From positions 51,090,001 to 51,154,000 of the forward strand of contig NC_058382.1 of the NCBI RefSeq assembly GCF_018350175.1: DNA of 64,000 bases, read 5' to 3'. The position numbers were made by a program, and so were the translations under genes. Below the pieces are notes generated by a model. It worked only from the letters and a program-made list of their open reading frames with translations, was not told the origin of the DNA and searched no databases. Below are positions 1 to 12,530 of this stretch, one piece after another. Every line of letters begins with the position of its first letter. The first letter of the stretch is position 1. The stretch comes from Felis catus (Eukaryota).

Positions 1-525
1 TAACAATCATGCCCCTGTGCTTGGGCCTCACATCCCGTGTATCCACACCAACTGTTTTCTCATGTGTCATCACTTGAGCGCCCTATGACAGCTCTCTAGT
101 GCTGGTAGGACAGATACTCTCATTTTCATTTTACCAATTAGTACAATGGGGATCAGACAAAGTAGTCTTGAACGATTTCATACAGGGACGTAATAGCTAG
201 GAATTGGACCCAGACCTTCAAGCAAAGCCAAATGCACAGTTGTTTCTTCTAAATCCTGCCTCTAAAACACAACTGCCAGCCTTGCTGGAAACATTTCATT
301 GAGAAAATGCTCAGTGAGTGCTGAAAGTGTACCAGGAAGCAAAATGAAGTCAACAGGTGTTTCAAAAATCTTCTCTGGGGAAGCGCCACTGATGAAAAGA
401 GATAAATCTTAATAATCATTTGTAGAGTTGGATTAACGGTGACTAAGCAAGTTTTACAACCTCAGTGTATTTTGAGCAGGCAGTCACTGCTGCCAACTAT
501 AGTCCTTCCATAATCTTCAGTGATG

Positions 526-526
<1 letters not shown>

Positions 527-553
<27 letters not shown>
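527..553. repeat. (TTA)n microsatellite
   Basis: Direct run of tta units. Confidence 0.9.
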
Positions 554-556
<3 letters not shown>

Positions 557-1479
557 TTATTTGCATCTTACCTTCTTGTTTTAGGTTAGGAATGTTTTAA
601 ATGAGTTTACTTGTTTTTCCAATTTATGCCTTTTTTCCTCAGCATCGCTTGCCCTTTGGTGTTCCATCAGGCTTTCAATCACACAAAGATTCATTACGAC
701 TTCAAAGCATACTTATTCACTGTGCAATTTGTGTGGTCTGTGACTATTCTGAAATATTCATGATACATTAATTGTTTTACCTGGATAACAGATCTCAGCA
801 ATAGCATATTCTGATTAGGGTGTCACTCAATTTTATAATACACCAACTAGATCTTGAGCACCAACTAGAGCTGACCATGGTGACATGGGTATAAGATGCC
901 ATCAAGTGTCCGCCTTCAGTGAAACAAGGCAAACAATAACACAGAAATCAAATAATTATTTATTTAAAAGTCTCAATGGCGTAGGTGCCAAATGACTCAC
1001 CATAATAATGAAACGACTACATATCAGTGACACACTGTTTTGATACTTTACCACAGGCCAAAACAAAACAAAACAAAAAACACAACATCAACAAAGCAAG
1101 GGAAAAATCAAGTTGTGTGTCTCCTCTGTCCAGGTACTGTGAATGGAGCATGAGAAATAAAGGCATACAATCTGTGTGTTCAAGGAACGAAAAGCCAAAT
1201 CCAGGCCAAATGCACAAAAAGAGAGCTCTTCAAGAGAGCAAAGTGATTGATCTGATGGGAATGAATAAGAATGGTTTGGGTGTGGAGTTAAGTAGTTTTC
1301 AGAAAGTTTCCTGGAGGAAATGGCATTTGATCCGAAATTATAAGGGGGGGGGGGGTGAGGTTAGACAAATAGCAATGGTAAATAGAATCATACACAAATA
1401 AGCAAATGTTCCTCTAGAAATGTTCTAGACATTTTTGCTCCCAAAATCAAGTCAAGAATGTGTATTTCCTTAGACTTCA

Positions 1480-1531
1480 ACACACACACACACACACGCA
1501 TGCACGCACACACACACACGCACACATGCAC
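1480..1531. repeat. Imperfect (CA)n microsatellite
   Basis: ca/cg alternation seen directly. Confidence 0.85.
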
Positions 1532-2613
1532 CAAAACTGGGTACTTTTTAAAAATACAAGTTGACATGTGAAAATGTTATCTTGTTTTGGGTTTTAATAA
1601 GCACATACAGAACTCCTAACTTTAGTGATTACATTACCTGAGGAAGGTCAGAAGACAACTAAAGCCATAATCACAAGGTAAGCAGATTATACCCCTGTGG
1701 AGGCTGGCAGCCAAGGAGCAATGGATTTGAGAATGTTCTTTCTACATCCGATATCTTATACAAGTCTATGGCTTAAAGTTATCTAGCAAAGTTTAGCAAA
1801 ATGGATCCAATAATGAGCTATCCCTAAAAAATAAAAGAGTTTTAGTGGCAAGCTTAATTCAAAAAAGCACATTTTATATTTTAGAACCTTTAAAAATTTT
1901 ATTTCAGGCTGAAGATATTCTTTTCTTGTTTATATATAAAATTCTAATTTATCTGTACCACTTGAAGAATTAGATTTCCATAAAGCCATATTTAATAAGA
2001 CCACATTTTTTCATAGTCATGGGAGTGATAAACATCATTTCACAACAGAGGATTTGAAAATTATTTATTCACCTTATTATCACTTTAATCTTCCCGAAGT
2101 TCGTTAGTCATATTACATGAACTAAGAAATTAGACTTTATCAATATAACCATTTCTTGGTTTAACTCAATTATCACCAGAATAATATTTATTGTTTACTA
2201 GAATGGTTTCAATGCTGCTTTTTAAGTTTTTAGTTCTACTTTGATGTTGCAAAATTATAAAAAAGGATATTGTAAAAGTTGATAACCAATAGGGAAATTC
2301 AGGATATGGTAAAGCCTTCATGTCAAAGCAGTGGAGAAAATACAAATTACTTTTTTAAAATGGTATTTAGATCATTGCTTAGTGGTACAGGAAAAGGTAA
2401 AATGAAATTTTAGAAGAATGAATAAATTTGTATAAACTAGTATTAGGGAAAGCTTTCCTTAAATATGACTCAAAATCTAGAAACAATATATGATCAATAA
2501 ATTTGACCATGTAAAAAAATATGTAGTGAAAATTCCAGAGCAAATAAACATACAAATGATAAACTAGGACAATATTTACAATTTATATCTTTACTATAAA
2601 AAAATCACCTAAA

Positions 2614-2820
2614 GGGGCGCCTGGGTGGCTTGGTCGGTTGGGCGTCCAACTTCGGCTCAGGTCATGATCTCACGGTCCGTGAGTTCGAGCCCCACGTCGG
2701 GCTCTGTGCTGACAGCTCAGAGCCTGGGGCCTGTTTCGGATTCTGTGTGTCCCTCTCTCTCTGACCCTCCCCCGTTCATGTTTTGTCTCTCTCTGTCTCA
2801 AAAATAAATAAACATTAAAA
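2614..2820 (+). mobile_element. Can-SINE (SINEC_Fc type)
   Basis: ggggcgcctgggtggct head, B-box-like gagttcgagccc, CT-rich tract, aataaa/A tail; TSD aaaaaatcacctaaa at 2599-2613 and 2821-2835. Confidence 0.97.
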
Positions 2821-2978
2821 AAAAAATCACCTAAAAATGGAGAACATGAAAAGACAAAAATGGGCAAGAACCATGTACAGGGAGTTAAAGAAAAATAAAT
2901 GCAAACTGCTCTTCACTTAAAAAATATTCAACCTTCCTCACAACAAGATAAACAAAGACCAAAAATACTCAGGGGCAG

Positions 2979-3198
2979 GGGGCACCTGGGTGGCTCAGTC
3001 AGTTGAGCATCCTACTTTGACTCAGGTCATGATCTCATGGTTCATGGGTTTGGACCCCGCATGAGGCTCTGTGTTGACAGATCAGAGTCTGGAGCCTGCT
3101 TTGGATTCTGTGTCTCCCTCTCTCTCTGCCCCTCCCTGACTCATTCTCTGTCTCTCTCTGCCTCTCAAAAACAAAGAAACGTAATTCAAAAAATTTAA
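2979..3198 (+). mobile_element. Can-SINE
   Basis: ggggcacctgggtggctcagtc head, CT tract, A-rich tail; flanked by aaaaatactc(ag)aggggca copies. Confidence 0.95.
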
Positions 3199-3211
3199 AA
3201 AAATACTCAGA

Positions 3212-3394
3212 GGGGCATCTGGGTGGCTCAGCCGGTTAGGTATCAAACTCTTGATTTCAGCTCATGATCTCACACCCGTGTCAGGCTCTACCGTGACAGC
3301 ACAGAGCCTGCCTTGGATTCTCTCTCCCCCCCCCCCATCTCTTTGCCCCTCCCCTGTTCACATGTGCATGTGTACACACTCTCTCAAAAAAAAA
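3212..3394 (+). mobile_element. Can-SINE (internally deleted)
   Basis: ggggcatctgggtggctcag head, CT tract, A tail; flanked by aaaaatactcagagg copies. Confidence 0.93.
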
Positions 3395-3424
3395 TCAACA
3401 CAAAAATACTCAGAGGTATCATTT

Positions 3425-3823
3425 TGTTTGAGGAAATAATCTAGAGGACATGGCTGCCAGTTGACCCAAGAGCTGGACCTAGGCAATCAGAGCTTCATTG
3501 ACCCCCTCCACTGTCCTTGGAATGTACATTCCATCCACTAATCCTACAGTGGAAACTTGTTCAAGGAGACAGCCTTTAGAAAATAAGGTGTTGTTGACAA
3601 CATATGGACAGTATACATTATGGAACCCAGTTAAGGTCTCTATATAAGCTTTTAAGATTCCCACAGGCAGATGTGGAGATCTGCTCTTCTTGTAGCTGCC
3701 CAAGAAAAGCCTTGTAAGTAGACTGATTTCCTTGCTTATTAAAACCTGTCACCTGACAATCTGGAGTGGTCTCTTTCTTCAGGCTCTCCTTGCCCTCCAT
3801 GTACCACAGCCAGTTTGCAAACA
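3425..3823 (+). mobile_element. Probable solo LTR (ERV-derived) inserted into an old L1 fragment
   Basis: Starts tgtttg and ends gcaaaca (short inverted termini); tatataa near 3641 and attaaa near 3738; splits the L1-like motif gaggtatcattt...tatcacctat. Confidence 0.6.
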
Positions 3824-4099
3824 ATATATTTATCACCTATTTTATTCTAAAGAGGCTGACCATTTACTTGGTTTACAAGACTTGAATAAATAGACACTTT
3901 CCATACGTTGTTTCTAGGAAGGATAAATGGCACAATACCCTTACAGAGGAGAATCTAGCAATATAAAATTCATTTGCAAAATGTTTAATTTGGGGGTCTG
4001 ACTTCAATAGTGGGACAAAATTAGCTCTATACTAAATGCTGCCATGGTTCCACAGAATAAAACTTAACAGCAAAACTGAACAGGATCAAACTGTTTGCA

Positions 4100-4362
4100 A
4101 GTAAATTAATCCATAAGAGTCAAAAGCAATGTGAAATAGATAAACCTAACTACTACTGTGATTGCTTAACAACTCAGGAAGTATTTACTTCAAGTGAATT
4201 TAAAACATAGCAATTTGACTAGTGGGTAATATCCTCAAAACAGAAGCAAAGTTGAGAACTCTTAAACTGTGTCAGGTAATATTGCTTGCAATGATATAGA
4301 TAATGCCAGTCTGAAACTATAATATACACACACAAACAAGTGTGTGCGTGTGCGTGTGCGCG

Positions 4363-4403
<41 letters not shown>

Positions 4404-4700
4404 GAATAAAGGAAATAAGGGATTATTTTAATAAAGATTTCATTGTAAAAGATATAAAAGTATTAAATCCAAGAATTAAAACTCAAGAATTGTACATTTA
4501 AATCAGAAATATAAGTATGAGCACATAATAATAGATTTTCTCTGGAAAAAGAAAAAAATACATTCCTAGTTACGTCCATTGAAAAGCCCTGGAAATAATT
4601 ATCCAGGTAAGAAGTGGGGAGTCCTCAGAATGCAGACTTTTAATCTAAATATCATTTCCCACTAAAATGAGTAACGATGCTTAGAATAAATAGCTGAAAA
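4100..4700 (+). mobile_element. Old L1M (L1MC-like) 3' UTR fragments
   Basis: Resembles recalled L1MC 3'UTR (tttaaaacatagcaatttgact; tctaaatatcatttcccactaaaa); boundaries approximate. Confidence 0.5.
4340..4400. repeat. (GT/GC)n-(CA)n alternating purine-pyrimidine tract
   Basis: Seen directly. Confidence 0.9.
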
Positions 4701-5469
4701 TTCACTAGAGATTGAAGATGGGTAAGCTTTGAGAATGATTCTATGTAACACCAACATCTGATTGTACACAGAAGGGGAAGAAGAACAAGAAAAATAAATT
4801 GACTCCAAGTGGCAAATCTAAGAAGATGATCATATCATTAACATACAGGTAATTTAGCAGAAAGAACTAAATTTGAGTTATGTAAGACTCAAAAATTGTG
4901 TAGTATCTTCTTCCCATAGATGCTGCTGACTTCCTGCGTACATATATGCACCATACATAACCTCTCTGTCCCTCCCACGTTATGCTCCCCTTCTTCTGCA
5001 TTAGTTGGTGCTGTTTCCCTTACGTGAAAGGCCATTTTCTCATCTTTATTCTGATCCACCATTTCATAAGAGTGTCTTGCATGGTTGATTCCAACCACTG
5101 TTGTTCCCCTCTTCCCTAACTCCCAAAGAGTTGCTTTCTTTGGACATGGTATCATATTGTTCTGCCATAAATATGTACTCTTTCATGCAATGATATTAAC
5201 GGCATGTGTATTTCTTCAGATCCTTACTTTTAAGACTTTTTTCTTCCCTACTTTTATCAAGTCCAACCAATACCCTATAGTTATGCTTGACTGTTTGCCT
5301 GGACCAGCAGCCAATTCACTGCGAACAGAGGTTTGACTACAATCATGCGAGACCAAGACCAAGGTAAAGAAAGGAAGGATGTGCGCATCAAGACACTTAT
5401 ACTCAGGAACCGTTCAAGAGCTAACTCTGCACTGAAAATAGTTTAATACTACTGAAAACGTAGGGATAA

Positions 5470-6060
5470 AGATGTGGAATGGTGAGAAGCAAGACTGGAG
5501 AAGTAGGCAGGCTCCATTATGGAAAAGCTCTGCGTGTCCTGGAATGGAATCGGATTCTATCCTCAAAGTAAAATGGAGCCAAAATGCAGTGTAGGCCAGG
5601 GGAGGAACATGATCGCAGATGGGCATGTTAGAATGACCTCATATCAGCCTGGAGAATGGGCTAGAAAGTGCATGGCAACAGGACAGGCCAAGACAGACTA
5701 ATGTTTAGGTTGTTTCATCCGTGGCAGCAGCAGTAAGAATACAAGGGAGGATTACCCAAGAGATCAAAGGTGAGAGATAAAGGGGATGAGGAAGGAATTA
5801 AGGGTGGTAATCAAGAGGGCCACCATGTCTCTTGTTGGTTTCATGGGATAATGGAAATGCCATCCACCAAGATGCATCTTTTTCAAGGTTTTTGAGAATG
5901 AGTAGGGTCATGAAGAATGAGTATCCATCTCTTAAAAAATGAGCATGGGCTTTGCATGTGGAAATGAGGAGGATGGCATAGAGCTGAAGATAACAGTCCC
6001 TAGACAGGTTCAAAATAATGGAAGAATAGCTCTTTGCTGAGGACTTTGATATGTATAGGT
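5470..6060 (-). mobile_element. L2 LINE fragment
   Basis: Purine-rich L2-like motifs (ggattctatcctcaaagtaaaatggagcc; tagacaggttc); approximate bounds. Confidence 0.55.
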
Positions 6061-7349
6061 CACATTTGGGAACATCACAAACCTTGTACTTCATCTACTC
6101 TGGACAACACATTTAAAATCCCTAACACCCAGAATACTCCACTGAGAATACAAGAGTTGACAAGATGCTCCCAGCCTTCCTCCCCACCCCCCACCATTCA
6201 CCCTGTAGGCTGCTGCCTGCCTCTTCCTAAGTCCTTACTCACTTAGAAAGTCAGAACTGGCACCTTATCTACAAGACAGCTACAAGAATGAGCCCCATCA
6301 AACTCCACTGACTACTAGGCAACTGGTATGGGGGCTGAGAAATACAAAGAGAGAAACAGCAGCACTTGGACAAACAAAAATATATGGCCCCTAGAAACTA
6401 CAGAAATAGAAGAACTTTTGAAGATTAACACAATCCCCTGCAAAGAAATGTTCTTATGATTAGTCATGTTAAATTGCCAAGGTACATTATCAGCAGGAGC
6501 CCACAGCTGCCCCATCTCGGCGCTGGGGAATGTTATTTTTACTCTTACAGTTACAGCAAGACTCTAATTACCAAAACTGCCGATGTCACCTTAATTACAG
6601 TTTTATTTAATGATCACATTGGGCACTGCTATATAATGTGGAGTTTTTTTAAAGTAAAATATGGCAGAGAAATGAAGCTCTTATCTCCCAACCTGTTACC
6701 ATTCAGCTCATCGGGGGACATAAACTTAAGAGAAGTCGGCAAAGGGCTCCAATTCAGAGGTAATGTTGAAATTTCAACTTGGCATTTGGTGTTACACAGG
6801 TTAAAAAAGGGGGGAAAAAAGCACATTTAAAAAATGCAAGTTCATACTTTCCCAGTCAGGCATTATTGAAAAAAAAATCATGGATACTTATATTTCTCAG
6901 CACATAGAACTGTATTAGAGACACAACCAAATTATGTGGGAAAGTTCTTACGTGTGCTAACGACTTACACAGTTCCTGCCCACCGTATGACCGTACTAGC
7001 TTGTAATTTATTAGTGGCGGTAACTGACAAAGACATACATTAACTGCACGTAAACAGCTGGGTGCTAAACAATCTCTGAAATGGTGTGACTTGTGATTAA
7101 TACCTAATCAAAAAAAGTTAATCAAAAAAGATTTCCTACTGTATCGCAAATTGTAAAAGGTTCACTAGGGAATCCACCTTAGAAAATACCTCTTTGATGT
7201 TCATTCATGGCAATAAGAGCGAGGCTCACGAGGTCAGGGCTTTCCCAAGCTGCGCAATAAATTAGTGACATTATAATCCAGGGGGTCTGAGACTCAGTGC
7301 TGCCAAGGGTCAAATCTTGAGTAGCTTTTGGAAAAAGAAAATGGAAAAG

Positions 7350-7351
<2 letters not shown>

Positions 7352-7390
<39 letters not shown>
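7352..7390. repeat. (TG)n microsatellite
   Basis: Perfect TG run. Confidence 0.95.
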
Positions 7391-7393
<3 letters not shown>

Positions 7394-7676
7394 CGCTTGT
7401 GTGTGACAGAGGTAGCAAATACAGGGATATCGATTTGCAAATACTATCTCTAAGATGCCCAAAGACAGAGGCACAAGTACGTGTCTTGATTTATGTGACT
7501 AGGGGAGAATGGCAGAGAGGATGGGAGAAAACTTAGATAATCATGACAAGGAGGGAAGAGAACCACATTCAAGGACCTGAAATTCAAGACACAATTGGAA
7601 GTCATTTCACAATTATTGCCCCCACAAAAGTGCTTTATACAATCAAAACTTAATTTGTTGACAAATCTTGCTTCTA

Positions 7677-7853
7677 GGGGCACCTGGGTGGCTCAGCTGG
7701 TTAAGCATCTGACTTTCACTTAGGTCATGACCTCATGGTTCTTGGGTTCAAGCCCCCCCACTGCTTGGGACTCTCTCTCCCTCTCTCTGCCCCACCCCCC
7801 ATGTGCTTTCTTTCTTTCTCTCAAAATAAATAAACTGAAAAAAGATTTTTAAA
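7677..7853 (+). mobile_element. Can-SINE (internally deleted)
   Basis: SINE head and tail; TSD aaatcttgcttcta at 7663-7676 and 7854-7867. Confidence 0.95.
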
Positions 7854-8059
7854 AAATCTTGCTTCTACAAGCAGGACAGATTAAAGGTGGGAGAAGCTAG
7901 GGCAGCAAGAAAGCCAGAAATAGGGCTGGTACTGTTAATTGGGAAGCAACTAGATGTATGACTGGAAAACAGAAGGAAAACAGGAATCATACAGGATGTT
8001 AGAATAAATCAGTAAGACATAGAGATTTTACTCTACTCTAGGACAAAGAAGTATTTTTA

Positions 8060-8265
8060 TTTTTTATTTTTTTACACTTTTATTTATTTCTGAGAGAGGG
8101 AGAGACACAGCGTGAGTGGGGGAGGGGCAGAGAGAGAGGGAGAGAGAAGCAGACTCCAGGCTCTGAACTCTCAGCACAGAGTCTGACGCAAGGCTCGAAC
8201 TCACAAACCGCGAGATGGTGACCTGAGCCGAAGTCGGATGCTTAACTGAGTCACCCAGGTGCCCT
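8060..8265 (-). mobile_element. Can-SINE
   Basis: Reverse-complement SINE: T tail, GA tract, cacccaggtgccc head; imperfect TSD gaa(g/a)tattttta. Confidence 0.95.
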
Positions 8266-8429
8266 GAAATATTTTTAAAATCTAATAATGTAAGTTTGCG
8301 AGTAGAATAAAACATTGGTAGTGGAAATTTGAATTTTGGATGAAGAAATAAACCTATCTCTAATGTACTTTATTATAGATGGCAATCGATCTCTCAGGTG
8401 GGGAGTATCATGTAAAGAAGGAGACACAA

Positions 8430-8620
8430 GGGGGGCCTAGGTGGCTCAGTTGGTTAAGTGGATGACTTCAGTCAGGTCACGATCTCGTGGTTTGTGGGTT
8501 CGAGCCCCACGTCAGGCTCTGTGCTGACAGCTCAGAGCCTGGAGCCTGCTTCGGATTCTGTGTCTCCCTCTCTCTCTGCCCTTCCCCTGCTCACACTCTC
8601 TCTCAAAAATAAACAAACAT
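8430..8620 (+). mobile_element. Can-SINE
   Basis: SINE body; perfect 17-bp TSD taaagaaggagacacaa at 8413-8429 and 8621-8637. Confidence 0.97.
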
Positions 8621-9724
8621 TAAAGAAGGAGACACAATAACATTAATGGTCATAGTCGGATACAGAAATGTAAGAGACAGCCATATACCGAATAAAAAAT
8701 TTTCTCTTCAAAAGCCTAAATTCCTATACCCAGTAAAAATATAGATTGTCAAAGCTTAACTTGGTCAAACAGAGAAAATGTATTTTGGTCAAAATAGAAT
8801 TCATTTTACACAGGCAGCTTTTAAAATTGGAAAATAATACAAGCCTTTCCTACACTAATCTGATACTAAGGAATCATCCTCAAGATTATCAAAAATCGCC
8901 GGTAGCTCCATGAGGCTAATGTTACTCTTTATGGGGCATAAAGCTGCCTTAGCATCAGGCTTATTGCACAAGGCAGCTTGAAGAGACATATTTGCCCTGC
9001 TTAAGCCTTTAAAACTTGTAAAAATAGCAAGCGCATCTCATCTGGCTCTACTGAAATAACATCCCTGAAAAAGAAAAGCATTTCAACGAGCCTGAAAAAC
9101 AAATGCCTCCCCAGAGATCTGGCCTCTCTTTGCGGAGAAGACTTTTTGTCAAAGCTCTTGGGGAGTTTTATGTAGAACCAGATGGGGCAAATTTTTCCTT
9201 TTATTGTCTTCACCTCTAATTGATGGGTATCCAGAGAGAGCCTGACTCATAAAGTGCATGAAACCATGTTCATCCACACTCCCTTAAATTCTTTCAAGAG
9301 GTTTATTTTCCGGAAGTCTGCCCCATTGACAAGAGTGGAATCAATGCAATTAAAATGAACAAATCACTTCGCAAATCACTACCTCTAATTTCTACAATGA
9401 GCGTCCTCTGGAAATCCACGAAGGCTTTTGCTGCTGTCTACTTTTCTCCATGGAATTCAAATCGTTGCAATTTCGTGGAAGTTTAGATGGGCTGGAGAGA
9501 AACCCAGCCTTGAGGATCAATGAGTGAAATTATTCTTTAAATCCAACCTTCGTCCCCAAATCCTACCCTTGGGACAAACTATGCCTACTTCAGAGTACTC
9601 TATTACTGGACAGAGTTGCGTGGCTTGCAGTGCCCCACAATTTCATTGTTTAACTCAACTTGTAAAGGATGTGTAAATAGTTCTCAAGGAACCTTCCAAC
9701 ACAGAAACAGGCACAGACAGTAAA

Positions 9725-10100
9725 TTCAGCCTGTGCCCAGCTTGTCTCCCCATGGCACTTGATAACTGCAGTACATGCTGAAGGCGTCCCAGTGCTCTTT
9801 GGCCCCACGTGGAAGACTCAACAAAAGTCCTAGAAAAGCAAGGGAGGAACGAAGTTGGTGGATAAATATTCCATCTTCACTGTCCCTTGGGGAGATAACT
9901 CTGAGGCCTGACATGGATTCTCGGTGTTTACCAACATCATTCAGCCTCCACAGCCTGGTGGCAAACTGCTCCATAAACACAACCTCTATTGGATTCTTTT
10001 CTTTCCCTGTCTCACTTCTCACACCCCTATCAAAGGTTCCTGGAATCACCTCCCAAGTAAACACTCGCACTTGAAGTCTGCTCTGTTGTGAACTAAAATA
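9725..10100 (+). mobile_element. ERVL solo LTR (LTR16-like)
   Basis: 3' end ggaatcacctcccaagtaaacactcgcacttgaagtctgctc resembles the recalled LTR16 terminus. Confidence 0.6.
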
Positions 10101-11870
10101 GGTTATTATGACAGAAGTCCATGGCGGGTTAAGTGAGGAACAGATAAGGAAATGCAGAGCGTGGCTTACCCGTGTCACTCCCCAGGTCATGGAATCCTAA
10201 ATAGGTAAGAAGCATTACAGAATATAATAGCAGGTGACTACGTCCGCCTGCCAATTAACTTTCCCCCTTATCGCCAAAGAGAATTCTGATGGGCATAGCT
10301 ATGAATTTCCCCTATCCAGTCCTTCCTTTTGTCCAGGTGTCATAGGTAACCAAAAGCAGGCCATGGGGGTGTTCTCATACAAATCAAAGCCAAGCCAAGT
10401 GTTGTGCTCAAGAGTATCTTATAAGAGATCATTTCTTTGGGATACGGTGTAAACTTCATGTCTGACCCTCAAATCATCGTATCTTCTGGAATCTCCTTAT
10501 TTACCAAGGCTGATAGAAACTCATTTGTAAATAAGAGAACTTGAAATTTGAAAACTTAACATTAACATTAGTTTCATATTTGCAAAAATCAAGAGAACTT
10601 ATGAAAAATTTTCTTGGGTATTAGGTAAGTGTAAAGGGTATTTTATTAGACTACACTTTATAAGTATCAAAGTAAACGCGTTCAAGTCTATAAACTTCAT
10701 CAGAACGTAACATGAAGTTAGAAACACATCCAAACCAAAGTCTTCCTTAGACACGTGAGTTTTTCGAGCATTGCTTTCCGTCACCACCAGGAGATTCACT
10801 GTTTATCAAGAAAATTAGAGTGCCTTTTAGCTGCTCATTGATGAAATTCATACAGTGGGTAATTTGAGTCCTAATGCCTGATTATGTGCTCATCTCTGGA
10901 CAGCAGACTTGGATGCTCCTAGCTATGGCTTCTTCCCCCAATTCTTTCCCCTCTGGCTGAACTTCCCAATCAAAGTGAAATTTATCTGCTTAATTTAAAA
11001 CCTGCTTTGCTAAATTCATTTATCGTTGTCTGGCTGATTTCTTTCCAAGTGGCAGATATTCGGGTGTAAATATTTTCTATTCCACGTGTAATATGTAGCC
11101 CAGGGTAACTTTCATCAGGGATGGCATGAAGCTAGGTGGGATGATGGACTGTTTTCCTTCATATTACCTTCCTCCAGGTAAACTACTGTGTAGATTAGTA
11201 ACCGGGTTTCCTTGATTTATCTTTGAAGGTTACTCCATATTCTTTTACAGTACTTTTCTATGAATTATGCATGCTGTTAAGGTCCAACACCCAGCAAAGG
11301 CTGTGGACTATAATTTCTCTTCTTGTAATTTACATTACACCACCATAAATGACTTAAGCTTCTAAATTTTTCATTCAAGTGATACAGCTTGATACTCAAA
11401 TGGGAGATTTTGAAGCCACCTGATCATACTGCGATTTAGTACTGTTAATTTTGTTTCAAAATTTATATTTCCACATGTTTTAATTATAACTCTTTAATAC
11501 AAACGGAAACACATAAAACCGACAGTGACCCCAAAATGTAAAATATCTAAAATATGTGCATTACCCATTTGTTTTCTATTTGAAGCACTAGGTGAGACTC
11601 AAAAATAGAAGAGATGTGACTGCAAAAATAAAAAGGGATAAGAAGCCCCTAGATGTTAGAGATGTTAGTTTTAATTCGTTAAGTCGCCCCATTTCATTTA
11701 TCCGGCACATCTAACTACCATTTTAACTTTTATCTCCTTTATTGCTTCACTGAATTTTGCTGTAGTCTCTGTTCTTTTCCATGTCCTGCTTCTGTCCATG
11801 TACTTTTCTCTTTTAGTTATTACAATCCATCCTAACCTACAAGAACAGGAAGGCCTTGGAGACCCCAATC

Positions 11871-12030
11871 CAGTGGTTCTCAAAGTGCAATCTTCTGACC
11901 AGAAAGCGTTATTAGCGCCACCTGTCCCCATCCGAGACCTACTGAATCAGAAACTCTCAGGGTAAGACCCAACCATCTGTTGGAGTCTGTCCTTCAGGGG
12001 ATTCTCATTTTGTCAAGTGTGAGGCATCCC
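11871..12030 (+). mobile_element. MER5A-like hAT-Charlie DNA transposon
   Basis: cagtggttctcaaagtg terminus and agacctactgaatcagaaactct internal motif. Confidence 0.8.
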
Positions 12031-12089
12031 CAGATAACCTCCTTGCCACTCCCTAATGCCCTCTCTGCTCATCTTTTACACCAGCCACC

Positions 12090-12456
12090 ACCTGCTGGAC
12101 AGCTGCTTTTTACACGTGTCATCTGGCAACACCTTCACACAGTAGCCTGATTCATTTTTCACCTTCCCCCCGGACTCCAGCCATCTCAGATTCCTACAAC
12201 CTAGTATGTGGTTGTAGAGATGGTTAACATCCCACTGGGAAGCTGCTGACCAGTGGGGATGGGAACTGACAGATGAGTGTTTCCACACCTACCCTGAGGC
12301 GCCTTATAACTGGCTCTCCAGAAAGCAGGCAGCTCAAGGAGACCTTTTACTAGACCACCCTCTCCTTGCTTTACAGTCTCCTGTCCATCATCCTTCTTCC
12401 CCGAGATCACTTCAGAAAAGAAACTGCCTGCATACAAGTAGGGTGGAGGAAATCTA
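12090..12456 (+). mobile_element. ERVL LTR fragment (LTR33/LTR16-like)
   Basis: gagatcacttcagaaaagaaactgcctgcatacaag resembles the LTR16/LTR33 3' part. Confidence 0.45.
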
Positions 12457-12472
12457 AGAAATAAATTCTTTT

Positions 12473-12492
12473 TATTTAATGTTATTTTTTTT

Positions 12493-12530
<38 letters not shown>

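Noticed and set aside
841..869. Direct repeat caccaactaga x2
   Set aside because: Only 11 bp and two copies; not an array and not CRISPR-like.
1001..1137. Possible minus-strand exon (ccattcacag acceptor, atg|gtgagt donor) and overlapping ORFs 1017-1217 and 1027-1401
   Set aside because: It contains a (TTTTG)n low-complexity tract and gives no recognisable protein; splice-like motifs alone are too common to call.
2614..2700. tRNA-like A/B boxes
   Set aside because: They belong to tRNA-derived SINE heads followed by CT tracts and A tails; not tRNA genes.
2625..2867. Recurrent similar ORFs (…SAQVMISR…PTSGSVLTAQSL…) at many positions
   Set aside because: These are translations of Can-SINE copies, not a gene family.
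9726..10190. 154-aa minus-strand ORF
   Set aside because: Lies across an old LTR; no protein motif.
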